Notes: generated by a model not told the origin, from the sequence alone. A DNA stretch of 47,719 nucleotides from an archaeon (GCA_024275655.1 JAJRYR010000063.1:1-47719); one strand, 5' to 3'; shown: positions 10,225 to 20,882, counted from the stretch's first letter. Made by a program: numbers and translations.

Positions 10225-10848
10225 ATGTTCGTGGTATTTGAGGGTATAGATGCTAGTGGTAAGGAAACCCAGGCTAAGCTTCTGGAAAAGGCATTGAAGA
10301 AGAAAGGATACAAGGTTGTGTACATAGACTTTCCAGATTATAAGAATCCGATAGGAAAAATGATTCGAAAATTTTTGGACAAAAAGGTTGAACTGGACGT
10401 AGAGACCAGGGCATTGTTGTATGCGGCTGATAGGAGGTACAGGTATAAGGATATAAAGAAGGCTTTGGACGAAGGGAAGATAGTTATATGCGATAGATAC
10501 TGCTACTCGAACATAGCGTACCAGGGAAGCTTGGGTGCAAAGCCCAGCTGGTTAGCCAGCTTGGACGCGACACTAATATTTCCAGATGTTGTGTTCCTGA
10601 TGGACATTCCTGCAAAGGAATCACTGAAGAGAAGAACCAGGAAGGACAGGTATGCTAGTAAGAAAGCATTTCTGGAAAAGGTTAGAGAAGCTTATCTTAA
10701 CATGGCCAATGGAACCATTCAACCCTTCAGAGCCTATGGTGACTATGCTGAGTGGATTGTCTTGGATGGGAGGAGGCCAATAGATGAGATACACGAAAGG
10801 ATAATGAGGGAAATTGAACTTAGGCTTCCCAGAGGGGGTGAAGAGTAA
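10225..10848 (+). CDS. tmk: thymidylate kinase
   Basis: FEGIDASGKETQ P-loop, LLYAADR, ICDRYCYSNIAYQ. Confidence 0.95.
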   Translation: MFVVFEGIDASGKETQAKLLEKALKKKGYKVVYIDFPDYKNPIGKMIRKFLDKKVELDVETRALLYAADRRYRYKDIKKALDEGKIVICDRYCYSNIAYQGSLGAKPSWLASLDATLIFPDVVFLMDIPAKESLKRRTRKDRYASKKAFLEKVREAYLNMANGTIQPFRAYGDYAEWIVLDGRRPIDEIHERIMREIELRLPRGGEE

Positions 10849-11336
10849 TGGTGGACATAAAGGTTGTTCCAATAAATTTGGAGGCTGGAATAGAGGTGAT
10901 CTTGGGCCAGGGGAACTTCTCTTTGAAAACTGTAGATGACATTGCTAGAGTTTTGATAGCTTCTGCTCCAAACATAAAAGTGGGAGTGGCAATGAATGAT
11001 GGAGGAATGAAAATTACTAGAACCAGCGGGAACGACCCAGACCTGGAGAAGCTGGCAGGAGAGCTAGCCTACCTAATAGGAGCCGGACATCTGTTCGTGG
11101 CATTGATAAAGGAAGCATATCCTTTAAACATACTTAACGATTTGAAGCACGTCCACGGAATATGCAAGATATTCGCTGCTAGTTCCAATCCCCTTCAAGC
11201 CCTAGTTGCGGAAACGGACCAAGGAAGAGCAGTGATTGGTGTAGTGGACGGATTTAAGAGCGATGGAATAGAAGACGAGGAAACTAAAAAAGAGAGAAGG
11301 GAGCTACTGCACAAGATTGGATATCACTTGGGTTGA
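10848..11336 (+). CDS. adenosine-specific kinase family (DUF355)
   Basis: ILGQGNF..KTVDD, IGAGHLF, YPLNILN, AVIGVVDG, ERRELLHKIGY. Confidence 0.85.
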   Translation: MVDIKVVPINLEAGIEVILGQGNFSLKTVDDIARVLIASAPNIKVGVAMNDGGMKITRTSGNDPDLEKLAGELAYLIGAGHLFVALIKEAYPLNILNDLKHVHGICKIFAASSNPLQALVAETDQGRAVIGVVDGFKSDGIEDEETKKERRELLHKIGYHLG

Positions 11337-12598
11337 TCTCTTTTCTTTTTCTTGACTTTTTCCAGCAATCTGGTTATTTCCTTTTGGGCCACTGGGTGAA
11401 GTTTTTCTGCCAGGTAACTCTTGTAGACTGCCAAACCAATTGCCAGTGGCAGTGTTCGTTCGTCCAGTTCTCCTCGATTAATCCTTTCTAAAATTTCATG
11501 GTAGTGTGGGGCCCCTTCTCTTGCAAGTATTCTCCTAACAACGATATCTTTGTGATAAAGTATTGCGTTTTTTGAAGGGGGTTTAACACCATATTTTTTT
11601 GCGATTTCGTTAGCTATCTCTTGCAATGTCTTGCCAACTGCCAGACCCTCCTCCAAAGTTTCGTACACTTTGTCCCTATGGACACCAAACACTAACAGTT
11701 TTTCTTTCTCTTTTGTTTTTATTGTCTTTTCTAATCCTTCTTTAGCTTTCTCACTCAGCTTTATCTCTTTAGGGTCAATTGCTAGCAAGTGACTCACAAT
11801 TTCGTCTGAGTATTTGTGCAAGATAGGTTCGATTGATAACCTGTTCCTAATTTTGCGTTCTACCTGTCCCTGGTTTTTCTTCAATATCTCAACCAGCTCC
11901 AGTATTGTCCTTGGATGAGCAGCGTTTTTCCCAGTATAAACTGCCATTCCTACACCCTCTGCCAGTTTGAGAGCCCTGTCTATTACGGGATCCCCTCTCA
12001 TCTTGTTCACTCTTTTTCTCACGCTATCCGCTTTCATGTTTAGAATCGCAGCAATCCTCTTTATAGGGACTAGTAAGTATACCAAGCCCCGTATGTCTGA
12101 TTGGAGCATTTCCTCTGTGTAACCTTCCAGTTTTCTCCTTAGCTTTTTTCTCTGAGCTGGGGGTAAGGAGTCTATATATACCTCCAGTGCTTTTTTGAAA
12201 ATTCCTCCCCGTTCCTGTGCCAGTTTTTCGAGCCTTTCGTATTTTATTCTCTTCATAATTTCTTTCCTTTCTTTTGGTGAAGCATTTATCAGTTTTTGTG
12301 CTAGATTAGCATACCTATCCTCACTTTTCTTGCTCTGAGTTTCTGGCCCTCTTCTTAGCACTGCCTTTCTCCACGTATCGTATTCCTTCTTGTAATTCTT
12401 AGAAAAGTGGTCAAGTACTATTTCTAGGTCATAGGAACTTATTCCAAAGAATTCCCTTATCTCTTTCCTGCTGAGCATCTTCCCTTTCTTGACGAGGATT
12501 GAAAGTCTCTTGGCGTAATATCTGTGATCATCAGTCACTCTGTCCAACCGCTTACCAAGTCTCCTTTTACTCTTTGTATTCTTCGTTCTAGTTTTCAC
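11324..12598 (-). CDS. hypothetical highly basic protein with several HTH-like segments
   Basis: 424-aa ORF; LSRKEIREFFGIS, IKRIAAILNMKADSVRKR, KTLQEIANEIAKKYG. Confidence 0.7.
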   Translation of the reverse strand: MKTRTKNTKSKRRLGKRLDRVTDDHRYYAKRLSILVKKGKMLSRKEIREFFGISSYDLEIVLDHFSKNYKKEYDTWRKAVLRRGPETQSKKSEDRYANLAQKLINASPKERKEIMKRIKYERLEKLAQERGGIFKKALEVYIDSLPPAQRKKLRRKLEGYTEEMLQSDIRGLVYLLVPIKRIAAILNMKADSVRKRVNKMRGDPVIDRALKLAEGVGMAVYTGKNAAHPRTILELVEILKKNQGQVERKIRNRLSIEPILHKYSDEIVSHLLAIDPKEIKLSEKAKEGLEKTIKTKEKEKLLVFGVHRDKVYETLEEGLAVGKTLQEIANEIAKKYGVKPPSKNAILYHKDIVVRRILAREGAPHYHEILERINRGELDERTLPLAIGLAVYKSYLAEKLHPVAQKEITRLLEKVKKKKRDQPK

Positions 12599-14334
12599 CT
12601 AACTCTACCTCCCACCCACCTCATCCTCTCCTTTGTTCTTATACCTTTCTTAATTTTTTCGTAGTTTTCTACCGACACTAAATAACCCTTTGTTGTGTAT
12701 ATCAACCCCAGGAAAAAGACCAGTGCGGGAAGGACTATGTAATCTGGGGCCAGCAAGAATGTTGCAATCCACATCGTTATTGACATTAAGATTAACGTAA
12801 ATCCAGCCAAAAGGTCTGCTAAATAGTATTGCATCCACATTATGTGATAGTCCTTTAAGTCTGGGAACATGCTAGGCCCAGCAATACCCACCAGCCTTAT
12901 CCCCAACCACCGGATTTTCATTACGATTCCATATAGAACGGGAACAAGCAAGGCCACAGCTATCCACTTGAATATCGTTTTAGCAGAATAACCCAGGATG
13001 GTTATGTGGACTTTTGTACTTGCAACTATGAGAAGGTATATCACGGAGAATCCAGCCATCAGATATAAACCCAAAGATCTAAAGAAGGAAACGAGCGTTT
13101 CTCTCATCTCTTTGTTTCTCTTGGTTGCATGAATCAGGGATCCAGTAAGAGAGAGCCTCTTGCTAGTTGGCGCCCTATCCAAGATTCTGCTGAATAACGG
13201 CACTGCTTTTATTCCATAGGGCATAAGGAAGGCCGTGGTTAGACCCAGCATAATGGCAGAATTCAAAATTTCAGGAGCATGAGTCAGGTTAAGTCTCACA
13301 GCATAACTTGCAATAATCAGTGAGAATTCTCCGATTGGCAGCATCAGTCCAGATAACTTGGCAGACAGTTTTGAATCTAGCCCGAGGTAGTGCCCGAACC
13401 CACCATATATGAGATACTTGCCGATTGTAGATAACGCTAGGAGAGCCAGTATTATTATGTACGACGATACGTCTGTGGGTATTGTGAACATCATACCCAC
13501 AGAAACAAAGAAAAACGCAGAAAAGAATTCTCGAAATGTCCCAAGTTCTCTTTCAATCTCTTGGTGGTGCCCCATCTTGGATAATAGGTATCCCGCGAAG
13601 AATGCACCTATCGCGGCTGAAATCCCAAAGAAACTGACAATATAAGACAGGAAGAAGACAATTCCCAGAGTATACAAGGCAATGTGTTGTCTATATTCAA
13701 ATCTCTCAATTGCTTTCAATAGGTATTTTGAATATTCTGATATAACGAATAAAAAGACCAGAACTACAGCCACTGATGTTAATATGACTGTTGGTAGATT
13801 AGTTCCTTCACCCCCACCAAGTGAACCTAGGATTGCCAACACTAGAATAGCAACGAAGTCCTCTATGAGAAGCATGGTGATAGATATACTAGCTTCCAAT
13901 GTTTGCATTTCACCTTTATCCATCAAGTATTTTCCGATCACGGCCGTGGAACTCATCATTATTATGAATCCGAGAAAAGCAGACTCTAGAAGTCCAAATC
14001 CAAATACTTGACCAACAAAAAAACCCAGTATGAAGTTCAGTAGAATCTTGGCGGGCCCCAGGATCAAAGCTGCCAATCCTCCCTCCTTCAACTTTTCGGG
14101 ATCCAACTCCAACCCAATGTAAAAAAGTAACATGATAACTCCTACTTCTGAAAAAAGGTCCAGCACTATGTTTGACTTAACTATTCCTAGCAATGGACCT
14201 ACTATCATGCCTGCTAGGATGTAACCTAGAACAGAAGGGAACTTGTACTTCTCTAGGATGGCTCCGAGAAGCATTGCCAACGCAAGAATGACTCCCATGT
14301 CCAGTATGAGCTTCTCTGTTATCATGGCTATCAC
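12595..14334 (-). CDS. cation:proton antiporter (CPA2/Kef type) with extra C-terminal TM helices
   Basis: GYILAG, LLFYIGLE, SSTAVI, LIEDF, GAFFAG, FFFVSVGM, PIGEFS. Confidence 0.9.
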   Translation of the reverse strand: MIAMITEKLILDMGVILALAMLLGAILEKYKFPSVLGYILAGMIVGPLLGIVKSNIVLDLFSEVGVIMLLFYIGLELDPEKLKEGGLAALILGPAKILLNFILGFFVGQVFGFGLLESAFLGFIIMMSSTAVIGKYLMDKGEMQTLEASISITMLLIEDFVAILVLAILGSLGGGEGTNLPTVILTSVAVVLVFLFVISEYSKYLLKAIERFEYRQHIALYTLGIVFFLSYIVSFFGISAAIGAFFAGYLLSKMGHHQEIERELGTFREFFSAFFFVSVGMMFTIPTDVSSYIIILALLALSTIGKYLIYGGFGHYLGLDSKLSAKLSGLMLPIGEFSLIIASYAVRLNLTHAPEILNSAIMLGLTTAFLMPYGIKAVPLFSRILDRAPTSKRLSLTGSLIHATKRNKEMRETLVSFFRSLGLYLMAGFSVIYLLIVASTKVHITILGYSAKTIFKWIAVALLVPVLYGIVMKIRWLGIRLVGIAGPSMFPDLKDYHIMWMQYYLADLLAGFTLILMSITMWIATFLLAPDYIVLPALVFFLGLIYTTKGYLVSVENYEKIKKGIRTKERMRWVGGRVR

Positions 14335-14365
14335 TAGATTTACGTATTTTGGATTAAAAAGTTAT

Positions 14366-15562
14366 CTAACTTTTAACCCTTGAGAAGCCAATTGCGGTCA
14401 AGAAAGGTGCCAGCACTGTTGTTACCACCACCAGTATAACTAGTGATGCGAACAGTCCCTCAGAGATTAGTCCCTTGCTCATTGCCAGGGTACCAATGAC
14501 TAGGGTTATTCCGCCCCTGGGAATTAGTGAAAGACCAATTGCTAGGGATTCTGCGATGGATAATCTAGAGAGGACTCTGCTAACCAGGGCCCCCAACACT
14601 TTGCCCAAACCAGCTAGGACCAGTATCCCCAATGCTACTTCAAGCCAGTAGGGATCAGCCAAGGCCCTCAAATTTGCATTCAATCCAATCATAATGAAGA
14701 ATGCCGGGAACAAGAGTATGTCCCCCAGGTTGAGGAATATTTTTTTGATCTCGTATTTGTACAATGGATGCAGAGTGGAAAATGCCAGGCCGACTAGGAA
14801 CACCCCGAATCCTGCCTCATACAGGAAGTCCTCCGAAACTATGGCGGCTATGATTATGAATATGAGGGTTAGGAGGGTGGTTGTTTGCTCCGAGGGATAA
14901 TCAAAGTACCTGTAGGCCCATGCACTTATTTTAGGTATTACAGTTAGAGACACTATCCAGAACAGGGCCAGTACTAGCAAAAAGCTCAAGAATCCTACGG
15001 GGTTGAAACCACCTTTGGAAAAGCTGGTTATGACCAGGAAGAGAAGAATGAGGCCAAATATGTCATCCACTAGAGAAGATACACTGAATATCTTGGCGGC
15101 TCTAGTTGATCCCTTTCTCATGGACATTATTGTTGTTAGAGCGGATATGCTAGACGATATTGATAAAGCAGTTCCCAGCACCAAAGCTTGTATTACAGGT
15201 AGGCCCATGAAAATGCCAAAACCGGAAACGAGGACAAAGGACACAAACAAACCGAACAGTCCGATGGATATCCCTTCTCTTGAAAAGGATATAATCTCCC
15301 TTATGTTGGATTCCAGGCCGACCAGGAATATCAGTATCAATCCCCCCATTGAACCCAGGAATATGAGCCACTGATATGCTAGGGGATTCTGGTTGAGATG
15401 AATCACGTTCAATCCACTAGGTCCTAGAAGGAGTCCAGCTATCATTGCTCCTAGTATTGGCGGGAGCCTAGCTTTTCTAAATATCCATGAGAACACCAAC
15501 GCAGCAAGAACCACCCAAAGAAAATCAACGATGGAACTGAGTATGATGTTCCCATACATCAT
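14366..15562 (-). CDS. cation:proton antiporter (CPA2 family)
   Basis: AGLLLGPSG, IFLVGLE, SLVDDI, PAFFIMIG, GKVLG, LIPRGG. Confidence 0.9.
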   Translation of the reverse strand: MMYGNIILSSIVDFLWVVLAALVFSWIFRKARLPPILGAMIAGLLLGPSGLNVIHLNQNPLAYQWLIFLGSMGGLILIFLVGLESNIREIISFSREGISIGLFGLFVSFVLVSGFGIFMGLPVIQALVLGTALSISSSISALTTIMSMRKGSTRAAKIFSVSSLVDDIFGLILLFLVITSFSKGGFNPVGFLSFLLVLALFWIVSLTVIPKISAWAYRYFDYPSEQTTTLLTLIFIIIAAIVSEDFLYEAGFGVFLVGLAFSTLHPLYKYEIKKIFLNLGDILLFPAFFIMIGLNANLRALADPYWLEVALGILVLAGLGKVLGALVSRVLSRLSIAESLAIGLSLIPRGGITLVIGTLAMSKGLISEGLFASLVILVVVTTVLAPFLTAIGFSRVKS

Positions 15563-16104
15563 TTTTTCTCACCCTTCCTGTCTAGGTTCCACGCTGCCTC
15601 AAGCAATTCAAGCAAAGTTAGATCTCCAATGATTCTCCCCTGGTTATCCACAACAGGTATCTCGGTTAAACCGTGTTCTACCATTAATTTGTATGCTCTC
15701 CTGAGAGAGTGAGTCAAATCTACACACACGGGCTCTCTCATGAGGTCTTTTGCCTTCTCGGAGAATGCGTACCTTTCCAGAAATTCTTTATCAAATAGAA
15801 TGCTGGGAGATCCAGAATTTATAGTGTCTGGATCGTGGGCTACTGTTGCTTGTAATATGTCCCAGATTGTTATTACGCCAATTAACTTTCCATCCTCGTC
15901 CACCACGTATGCACTCATTGTCTTTGGTGATTGAAGGATTATTCGCACCACTTCCTCCAGGTCATCATCTGGCCTTACAAGAGCCAAATCCTCCCTACCT
16001 TTGGTTATGAGATTAAAAGCTTGGATCACTCCTTTATCCACATCAACTTCTTCGCTCTCTATAATCCTGGTTGGATTGTCTAGCCTAGGTCTCTTCAATT
16101 TCAT
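15559..16104 (-). CDS. CBS domain pair protein
   Basis: YVVDEDGKLIGVIT and IPVVDNQGRIIG; ATGA-coupled to the antiporter. Confidence 0.88.
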   Translation of the reverse strand: MKLKRPRLDNPTRIIESEEVDVDKGVIQAFNLITKGREDLALVRPDDDLEEVVRIILQSPKTMSAYVVDEDGKLIGVITIWDILQATVAHDPDTINSGSPSILFDKEFLERYAFSEKAKDLMREPVCVDLTHSLRRAYKLMVEHGLTEIPVVDNQGRIIGDLTLLELLEAAWNLDRKGEKK

Positions 16105-16166
16105 GCTAGGAATAACTCAAAACGGTTTTAAATAATTGAAAGCTTTTTAATTCCTAATTCGTTTTT

Positions 16167-16658
16167 ATGCTAGGTGGTCTTATGGAAATAGAAAGGGCAG
16201 CTTTGGTAAAGGACGTTCCGAAGGAAATTCTGTTTTATGCCATAGAAGTCATTGGAGAAGGATTAATTGAGGATGCCAAGTCAAAGTTTGGAGATTTTCC
16301 AAACTTTAGCGTGGAAATGGAGCTAGAAAAGGTAAAACCAGGGCCTTGGGTGGTGAAATATAGAGTTCACTTTAGCGTTTATGATTACGAGTTCAAGTGG
16401 GAGATAAGGGATGCCAAGAAAGGTTACTTAGTTAGGTTTGTTGGGAAGACCAGAGGGAAATGGTGGGAACCTCTGTTCGATGTTGAGTCTAAATTGGAGG
16501 ATTTAGTTGATACTCAGTGGTCCGCATTCTGCAATTTTGCTGTTGGGTATATGAGCGCAGTCAGTTATGGGAAGGCGAGGAAAAGGTCGGAGGCCAGGGA
16601 GCATGTGAGAAAGGCCAAGGAAAAGCTAGGTAAAACCAGGAAGAAGAAGAGGAAGTGA
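16167..16658 (+). CDS. hypothetical protein with a basic C-tail (possible START/SRPBCC-like fold)
   Basis: 163-aa ORF; alternating beta-strand pattern then a long helix; fold guess is weak. Confidence 0.65.
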   Translation: MLGGLMEIERAALVKDVPKEILFYAIEVIGEGLIEDAKSKFGDFPNFSVEMELEKVKPGPWVVKYRVHFSVYDYEFKWEIRDAKKGYLVRFVGKTRGKWWEPLFDVESKLEDLVDTQWSAFCNFAVGYMSAVSYGKARKRSEAREHVRKAKEKLGKTRKKKRK

Positions 16659-16716
16659 AACATTTTTAAACTAGGAGCCCAGCAAACTAGTGACAACCAT
16701 TTAGGAGGCTTTTGGA

Positions 16717-16965
16717 ATGGAAAGAGAATTTAGGAAACCTAGGAGAGAGAAACCCAATTACAAAACCCTATCTGAAGAAACTTATACATACGGAAACGGC
16801 AACTTTATTGAGGTTGCTAGAAAGGAGGTAGATGGGAACGAGTTCATTTCCATCTCAAAGGGAAGGACTCTCCCAGATGGAACAAAGAGGTACAAGGGAG
16901 GGATAGGATTCCCTGATGATGCTGAAATAAAGGCTTTCATTATTCAGACATTGCAGGAGATGTAA
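16717..16965 (+). CDS. small PC4/PUR-like nucleic-acid-binding protein (putative)
   Basis: AGGAGG RBS; beta-rich NFIEVARK-EFISISKG-KRYKGGIGFP followed by a C-terminal helix. Confidence 0.6.
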   Translation: MEREFRKPRREKPNYKTLSEETYTYGNGNFIEVARKEVDGNEFISISKGRTLPDGTKRYKGGIGFPDDAEIKAFIIQTLQEM

Positions 16966-17020
16966 CCTCCTTGCAATGCTCACCAACCCTTTAACCCTGT
17001 TCTTGTTCTGTTTTTCTCTG

Positions 17021-19867
17021 TTAAGCCTTGTTAAATGCAAACTCTATCTTGTTGCCCTGGAACTCCAGCTCTCCTTTTAGTTCTCCTTCCAGCTCTCCAA
17101 CCCTGTACTCTCTAGCATTGACCTTGCTGGAAACTAGCTTTTCGGCTTTTTCCAACAGCGGGTGCCCTTTGACAGTTAGGATTATCTCCTCCTCAACGTT
17201 CATTCCGGCCTTCTTCCTAGTTTCCTGTATTCTTCTTATCAACTCGCTGGCCAGGGCTTCTATTAGTAACTCCTCACTAAGTTCTTTTGCAATTTTAACC
17301 TTGCCTAACTCGAATTCTTCTTCTACTGCCTCTCCACTCACTTTTCCTAGGGATTTGGCATTGACCATCTTTAGCAGGACATCTCCCAGTATTTCTAGTG
17401 CTCTCCTTACCTTCTCATCCTCGCTGATAACTTCCACGCTTCCAATTGGCCATCTCAACTTTAGCTTTGCTTTCTGTCTAGCGCTCATAACTGCATCTGC
17501 AATTTCGTGAATTATCTCCATGCTCTCTTCAAGTTCCTCATTGATTAAGTTCTCGTTAATCTCTGGCCATTCTTCAAAGTGAACGCTCTCTTTCTCTCCT
17601 CCTAGGACTGTTAGGTACATCCTCTCAACAAAGAAGGGTATTGCTGGGGCTAGGAGTCTGTTCACCTTGTCCAGGACATAATACAGCGTGGCCTGGGCAG
17701 CTTTTTTGTCCTCTCCCTGGTATGTGGGCCAGGTTCTATCTCTGATCAACTTCACGTAGGTTCTGGAGAGGTCGTTCACTACGAATTCCTCTATGCGCCT
17801 TAACGCTTTCACGTGTCTAAATGCTTTGTTTAACTCGCTTACTTCTTTGACTAGTGAGTTCACTCTAGATATGATCCATCTGTCTTCTGGCTTTAGTTCG
17901 TCTTCCACGTCTTCCAGAGTTACCCTCTCACCGTACAATTGGAAGAATCTGTACGTATTTGACAATACGGTAAAGAACTTTCTGTTCTCCCTTAGGGCAT
18001 TCCAATTAAAGTTAGTGTCTTGGCCGTGATCTAGAGTCAACAGGTAGTACCTCAGCTCGTCTCTAGAGTACTTCTCCACAACCTCTCTGGGTGTGATGAC
18101 GTTTCCCTTTGACTTGCTCATTTTCACTCCGTGAACATCCAGGATCATCGCATGGTACATTATGTTTTCAAATGGTCTCCTGTCAAATGTTATCACCGAG
18201 CATATCAAACTGGAGTTCCACCATCCTCTTATCTGGTCAGAACCCTCTATCACATGCTTAACTGGCCATAGACTCTTGAACGGTTCTTCTTTCTTTGGAT
18301 ATCCCAAGGATGCCCAAGCAGCAACTCCTGAGTCAAACCAAACATCCAGAACGTCTGGGATCCTGCGCATTGTTCCCCCACATTTTTCACATGTTAGTGT
18401 AACCTTGTCTATCTCAGGTCTGTGCAGATCTTGCAATTTCCTTCCTTCTTCTCCCAGCTCATCCAGGGAACCTACGACCTTTATTTCTCCACACTCTTCA
18501 CACTCCCATATTGGTAAGGGTATCCCCCAGTATCTTTGTCTTGATATTGGCCAGTCGTCAATGCCTTCCAGCCAGTTTAGGAACCTCTTACCAACCCATT
18601 CTGGATGCCATTTTATCTTCTTTGCCTCTTCAATCAATTTTTCCTTTATCTTACTTATCTTGAAGAACCACTGGGGAACTGAGATCTGAATTAAAGGTGT
18701 GTCACATCTCCAACACTTCGGATAATCGTGAACTAGTGTTTCCTCTAAGACTAGTGCATTTCTTTCTCTCAAGTCCTGGATTATCACTGGATTTGCGTCT
18801 TTGATGTACATTCCCGCATACTTTCCTGCTTCCTCGGTAAATCTGCCATCCAACCCCACTGGAGAAAGTTGAGGTAGGTTGTGTTCCCGCCCGACCTTGT
18901 AGTCTTCCTTACCATGTCCTGGAGCGCAGTGCACTAATCCGGTTCCAGTTGTCATCTCAACGAACTGGGCAGAAGGCACTACCCTACCGACAATATCCCT
19001 CTGTACGGTAACCAAGTCCTTCAGCGGGTTATCGTACTCCAATCCCACCAACTTCTCTCCTGGGAACTCCTCTAATATTCTATACCCTGCCTCCAGTTTT
19101 TCCATGAGTTCTTCTAGTCTGGGCTTTGCCAGTATCCAGACCTCTCCAGCAACCTCTACTCTGACATATGTCTCCTTTGGATGAACCATTACACCAGTAT
19201 TCGCTGGGAGTGTCCAGGGAGTTGTTGTCCAAATGATCAAGTATTCGTTGTCCTTCCCCCTGACTTTGAACTTCACAAATATGCTCGGGTCCTGGGCCTT
19301 GAAGTACTCTATTTCATTGTATGCTACAACGGTCTGGCATCTTGGACACACGTGAACTGGATACTTGCCTTTGTAAAGAAGACCTCTTTCGAATGCCTTC
19401 TTGAACGTGAACCACGAGCACTCAATGTATTCATTATCTAGTGTTAAGTAAGGGTTATCCCAATCCATCCAAACTCCTATGTCATTGAACTGTTGGTTCA
19501 TGGCATCTATATACTGGGTAGCGAAGTTCCTACATGCCTGGATGAAGTTTTCCACACCAAGCTCTTCAATATCTCCTTTGTTTCTCAACCCCAACTTCTT
19601 TTCAACCTTATTTTCTATCGGTAGACCGTGGGTGTCGTATCCTGGCTGGGCCCAAACATCGTATCCTCGCATTCTCCAGAATCGTATGTAGTAATCCTTT
19701 AGGACTTTGTTCCAAGCATGACCGAAGTGTATGTCTCCACTAGCGTATGGTGGACCGTCTAGGAAATAGTATTTCGGCCCCCCCTCGTTCAGCTTCAAAG
19801 CCCCTTTCTCAATATCCTTTTCCTTCCAGTATTCCATTACATCGTTCTCAGATTTTAGTTCTGGCAT
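17021..19867 (-). CDS. ileS: isoleucine--tRNA ligase
   Basis: DGPPYASG, HFGH (HIGH motif), WTTTPWT, GTGLVH, ISRQRYWG, EGSDQIRGW, KMSKS; GGTGA RBS before ATG 19867. Confidence 0.97.
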   Translation of the reverse strand: MPELKSENDVMEYWKEKDIEKGALKLNEGGPKYYFLDGPPYASGDIHFGHAWNKVLKDYYIRFWRMRGYDVWAQPGYDTHGLPIENKVEKKLGLRNKGDIEELGVENFIQACRNFATQYIDAMNQQFNDIGVWMDWDNPYLTLDNEYIECSWFTFKKAFERGLLYKGKYPVHVCPRCQTVVAYNEIEYFKAQDPSIFVKFKVRGKDNEYLIIWTTTPWTLPANTGVMVHPKETYVRVEVAGEVWILAKPRLEELMEKLEAGYRILEEFPGEKLVGLEYDNPLKDLVTVQRDIVGRVVPSAQFVEMTTGTGLVHCAPGHGKEDYKVGREHNLPQLSPVGLDGRFTEEAGKYAGMYIKDANPVIIQDLRERNALVLEETLVHDYPKCWRCDTPLIQISVPQWFFKISKIKEKLIEEAKKIKWHPEWVGKRFLNWLEGIDDWPISRQRYWGIPLPIWECEECGEIKVVGSLDELGEEGRKLQDLHRPEIDKVTLTCEKCGGTMRRIPDVLDVWFDSGVAAWASLGYPKKEEPFKSLWPVKHVIEGSDQIRGWWNSSLICSVITFDRRPFENIMYHAMILDVHGVKMSKSKGNVITPREVVEKYSRDELRYYLLTLDHGQDTNFNWNALRENRKFFTVLSNTYRFFQLYGERVTLEDVEDELKPEDRWIISRVNSLVKEVSELNKAFRHVKALRRIEEFVVNDLSRTYVKLIRDRTWPTYQGEDKKAAQATLYYVLDKVNRLLAPAIPFFVERMYLTVLGGEKESVHFEEWPEINENLINEELEESMEIIHEIADAVMSARQKAKLKLRWPIGSVEVISEDEKVRRALEILGDVLLKMVNAKSLGKVSGEAVEEEFELGKVKIAKELSEELLIEALASELIRRIQETRKKAGMNVEEEIILTVKGHPLLEKAEKLVSSKVNAREYRVGELEGELKGELEFQGNKIEFAFNKA

Positions 19868-19943
19868 TGCATTCACCTGCAATTCTATAAAAAAGCGCTA
19901 GATTATTATGTAACGAGTTATTTAAAATTGTTGTGATGTTGGT

Positions 19944-20882
19944 ATGGGAAAGAGGAAGGGAAAGCACAAGGGAAAAGCCATAGAATCTGCAAAGGAAGTT
20001 CAACCATTGAAACCAAAAGACATAATCTCAAGAAAGCCGCCTAGGGAACTAGAAAGGTTAAAAAAGGAACACCCGAGGTGGAGATTGATAGGGGTAAAGG
20101 ATAGTGACTGGGGCCTAGTAGAAACTGCGTCCCCACCAGATAAGATATGCATACTTCCAGCTTTTAGGGGAAGGAGGGGAAAACTGGCATCTCCGGGCAT
20201 GAGACGGCAGGTCATAGGCGTTGTAAACAGGATGGAAGTCTACAAAATGCCATACAATCCCAGCAAGAGAGACGTGCACCCAGAGGAGATAGAGATAGAC
20301 AGGGAACTGGTCGATGAAATGAGGGAACTACTGGATAAGCGAGTTCCAAGACTCAAGGTCACAAAGTTGGATAGGGAACTTAAAGTCAGGTCACCCTCTG
20401 GGGAGACGGTGCCGCTTAGAATTGATGTTCATCAAATGGTTTACCCTCCCAAGAATCTTGCAGAGATAGAGTTCTCATCAAAGAAAGAATTACTGGAAAC
20501 AGTTAGGAGCATTGCCGAGTATGTTTCACTACTGGCAAAGCAAGGTATAAAGTATGATGATATCAAGCTGGAGAATTTTGCCAAGAACAAAGCAGGATTG
20601 TGGATTGTGGATGAAGAGGCAGAGTATCTGGCAGGTGGTGGCAGAGAGCGAGCAAGGGATCTAAGGAGCATAGGGAGGGGACTTGGGAGATTGATCCTTC
20701 AAATACTTGATCATCCAGTTCACAGAAAACACAGGATAAGTCCGGATGAGCTTAAGAAAGTGGTTGAATCTGGAATTTGCGAGCACAAGGGATCCCATGT
20801 AGATAAGATCATGGAGGGGTTGCACCTGCAACTAAATACTGGGCAATCAAAATCCAAAAGAAAAAGGGAAAGGAATCAGTAG
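19944..20882 (+). CDS. hypothetical basic protein with a protein-kinase-like fold
   Basis: Catalytic-loop-like [18 protein letters not shown] in the DFG position, later DLRSIG. Confidence 0.7.
   Translation: MGKRKGKHKGKAIESAKEVQPLKPKDIISRKPPRELERLKKEHPRWRLIGVKDSDWGLVETASPPDKICILPAFRGRRGKLASPGMRRQVIGVVNRMEVYKMPYNPSKRDVHPEEIEIDRELVDEMRELLDKRVPRLKVTKLDRELKVRSPSGETVPLRIDVHQMVYPPKNLAEIEFSSKKELLETVRSIAEYVSLLAKQGIKYDDIKLENFAKNKAGLWIVDEEAEYLAGGGRERARDLRSIGRGLGRLILQILDHPVHRKHRISPDELKKVVESGICEHKGSHVDKIMEGLHLQLNTGQSKSKRKRERNQ

Noticed and set aside
12595-15562. Antiporters as the missing membrane arm of the hydrogenase
   Set aside because: They carry CPA2 motifs, not Mrp/NuoL-type ones, and lie 7 kb away in a separate operon.
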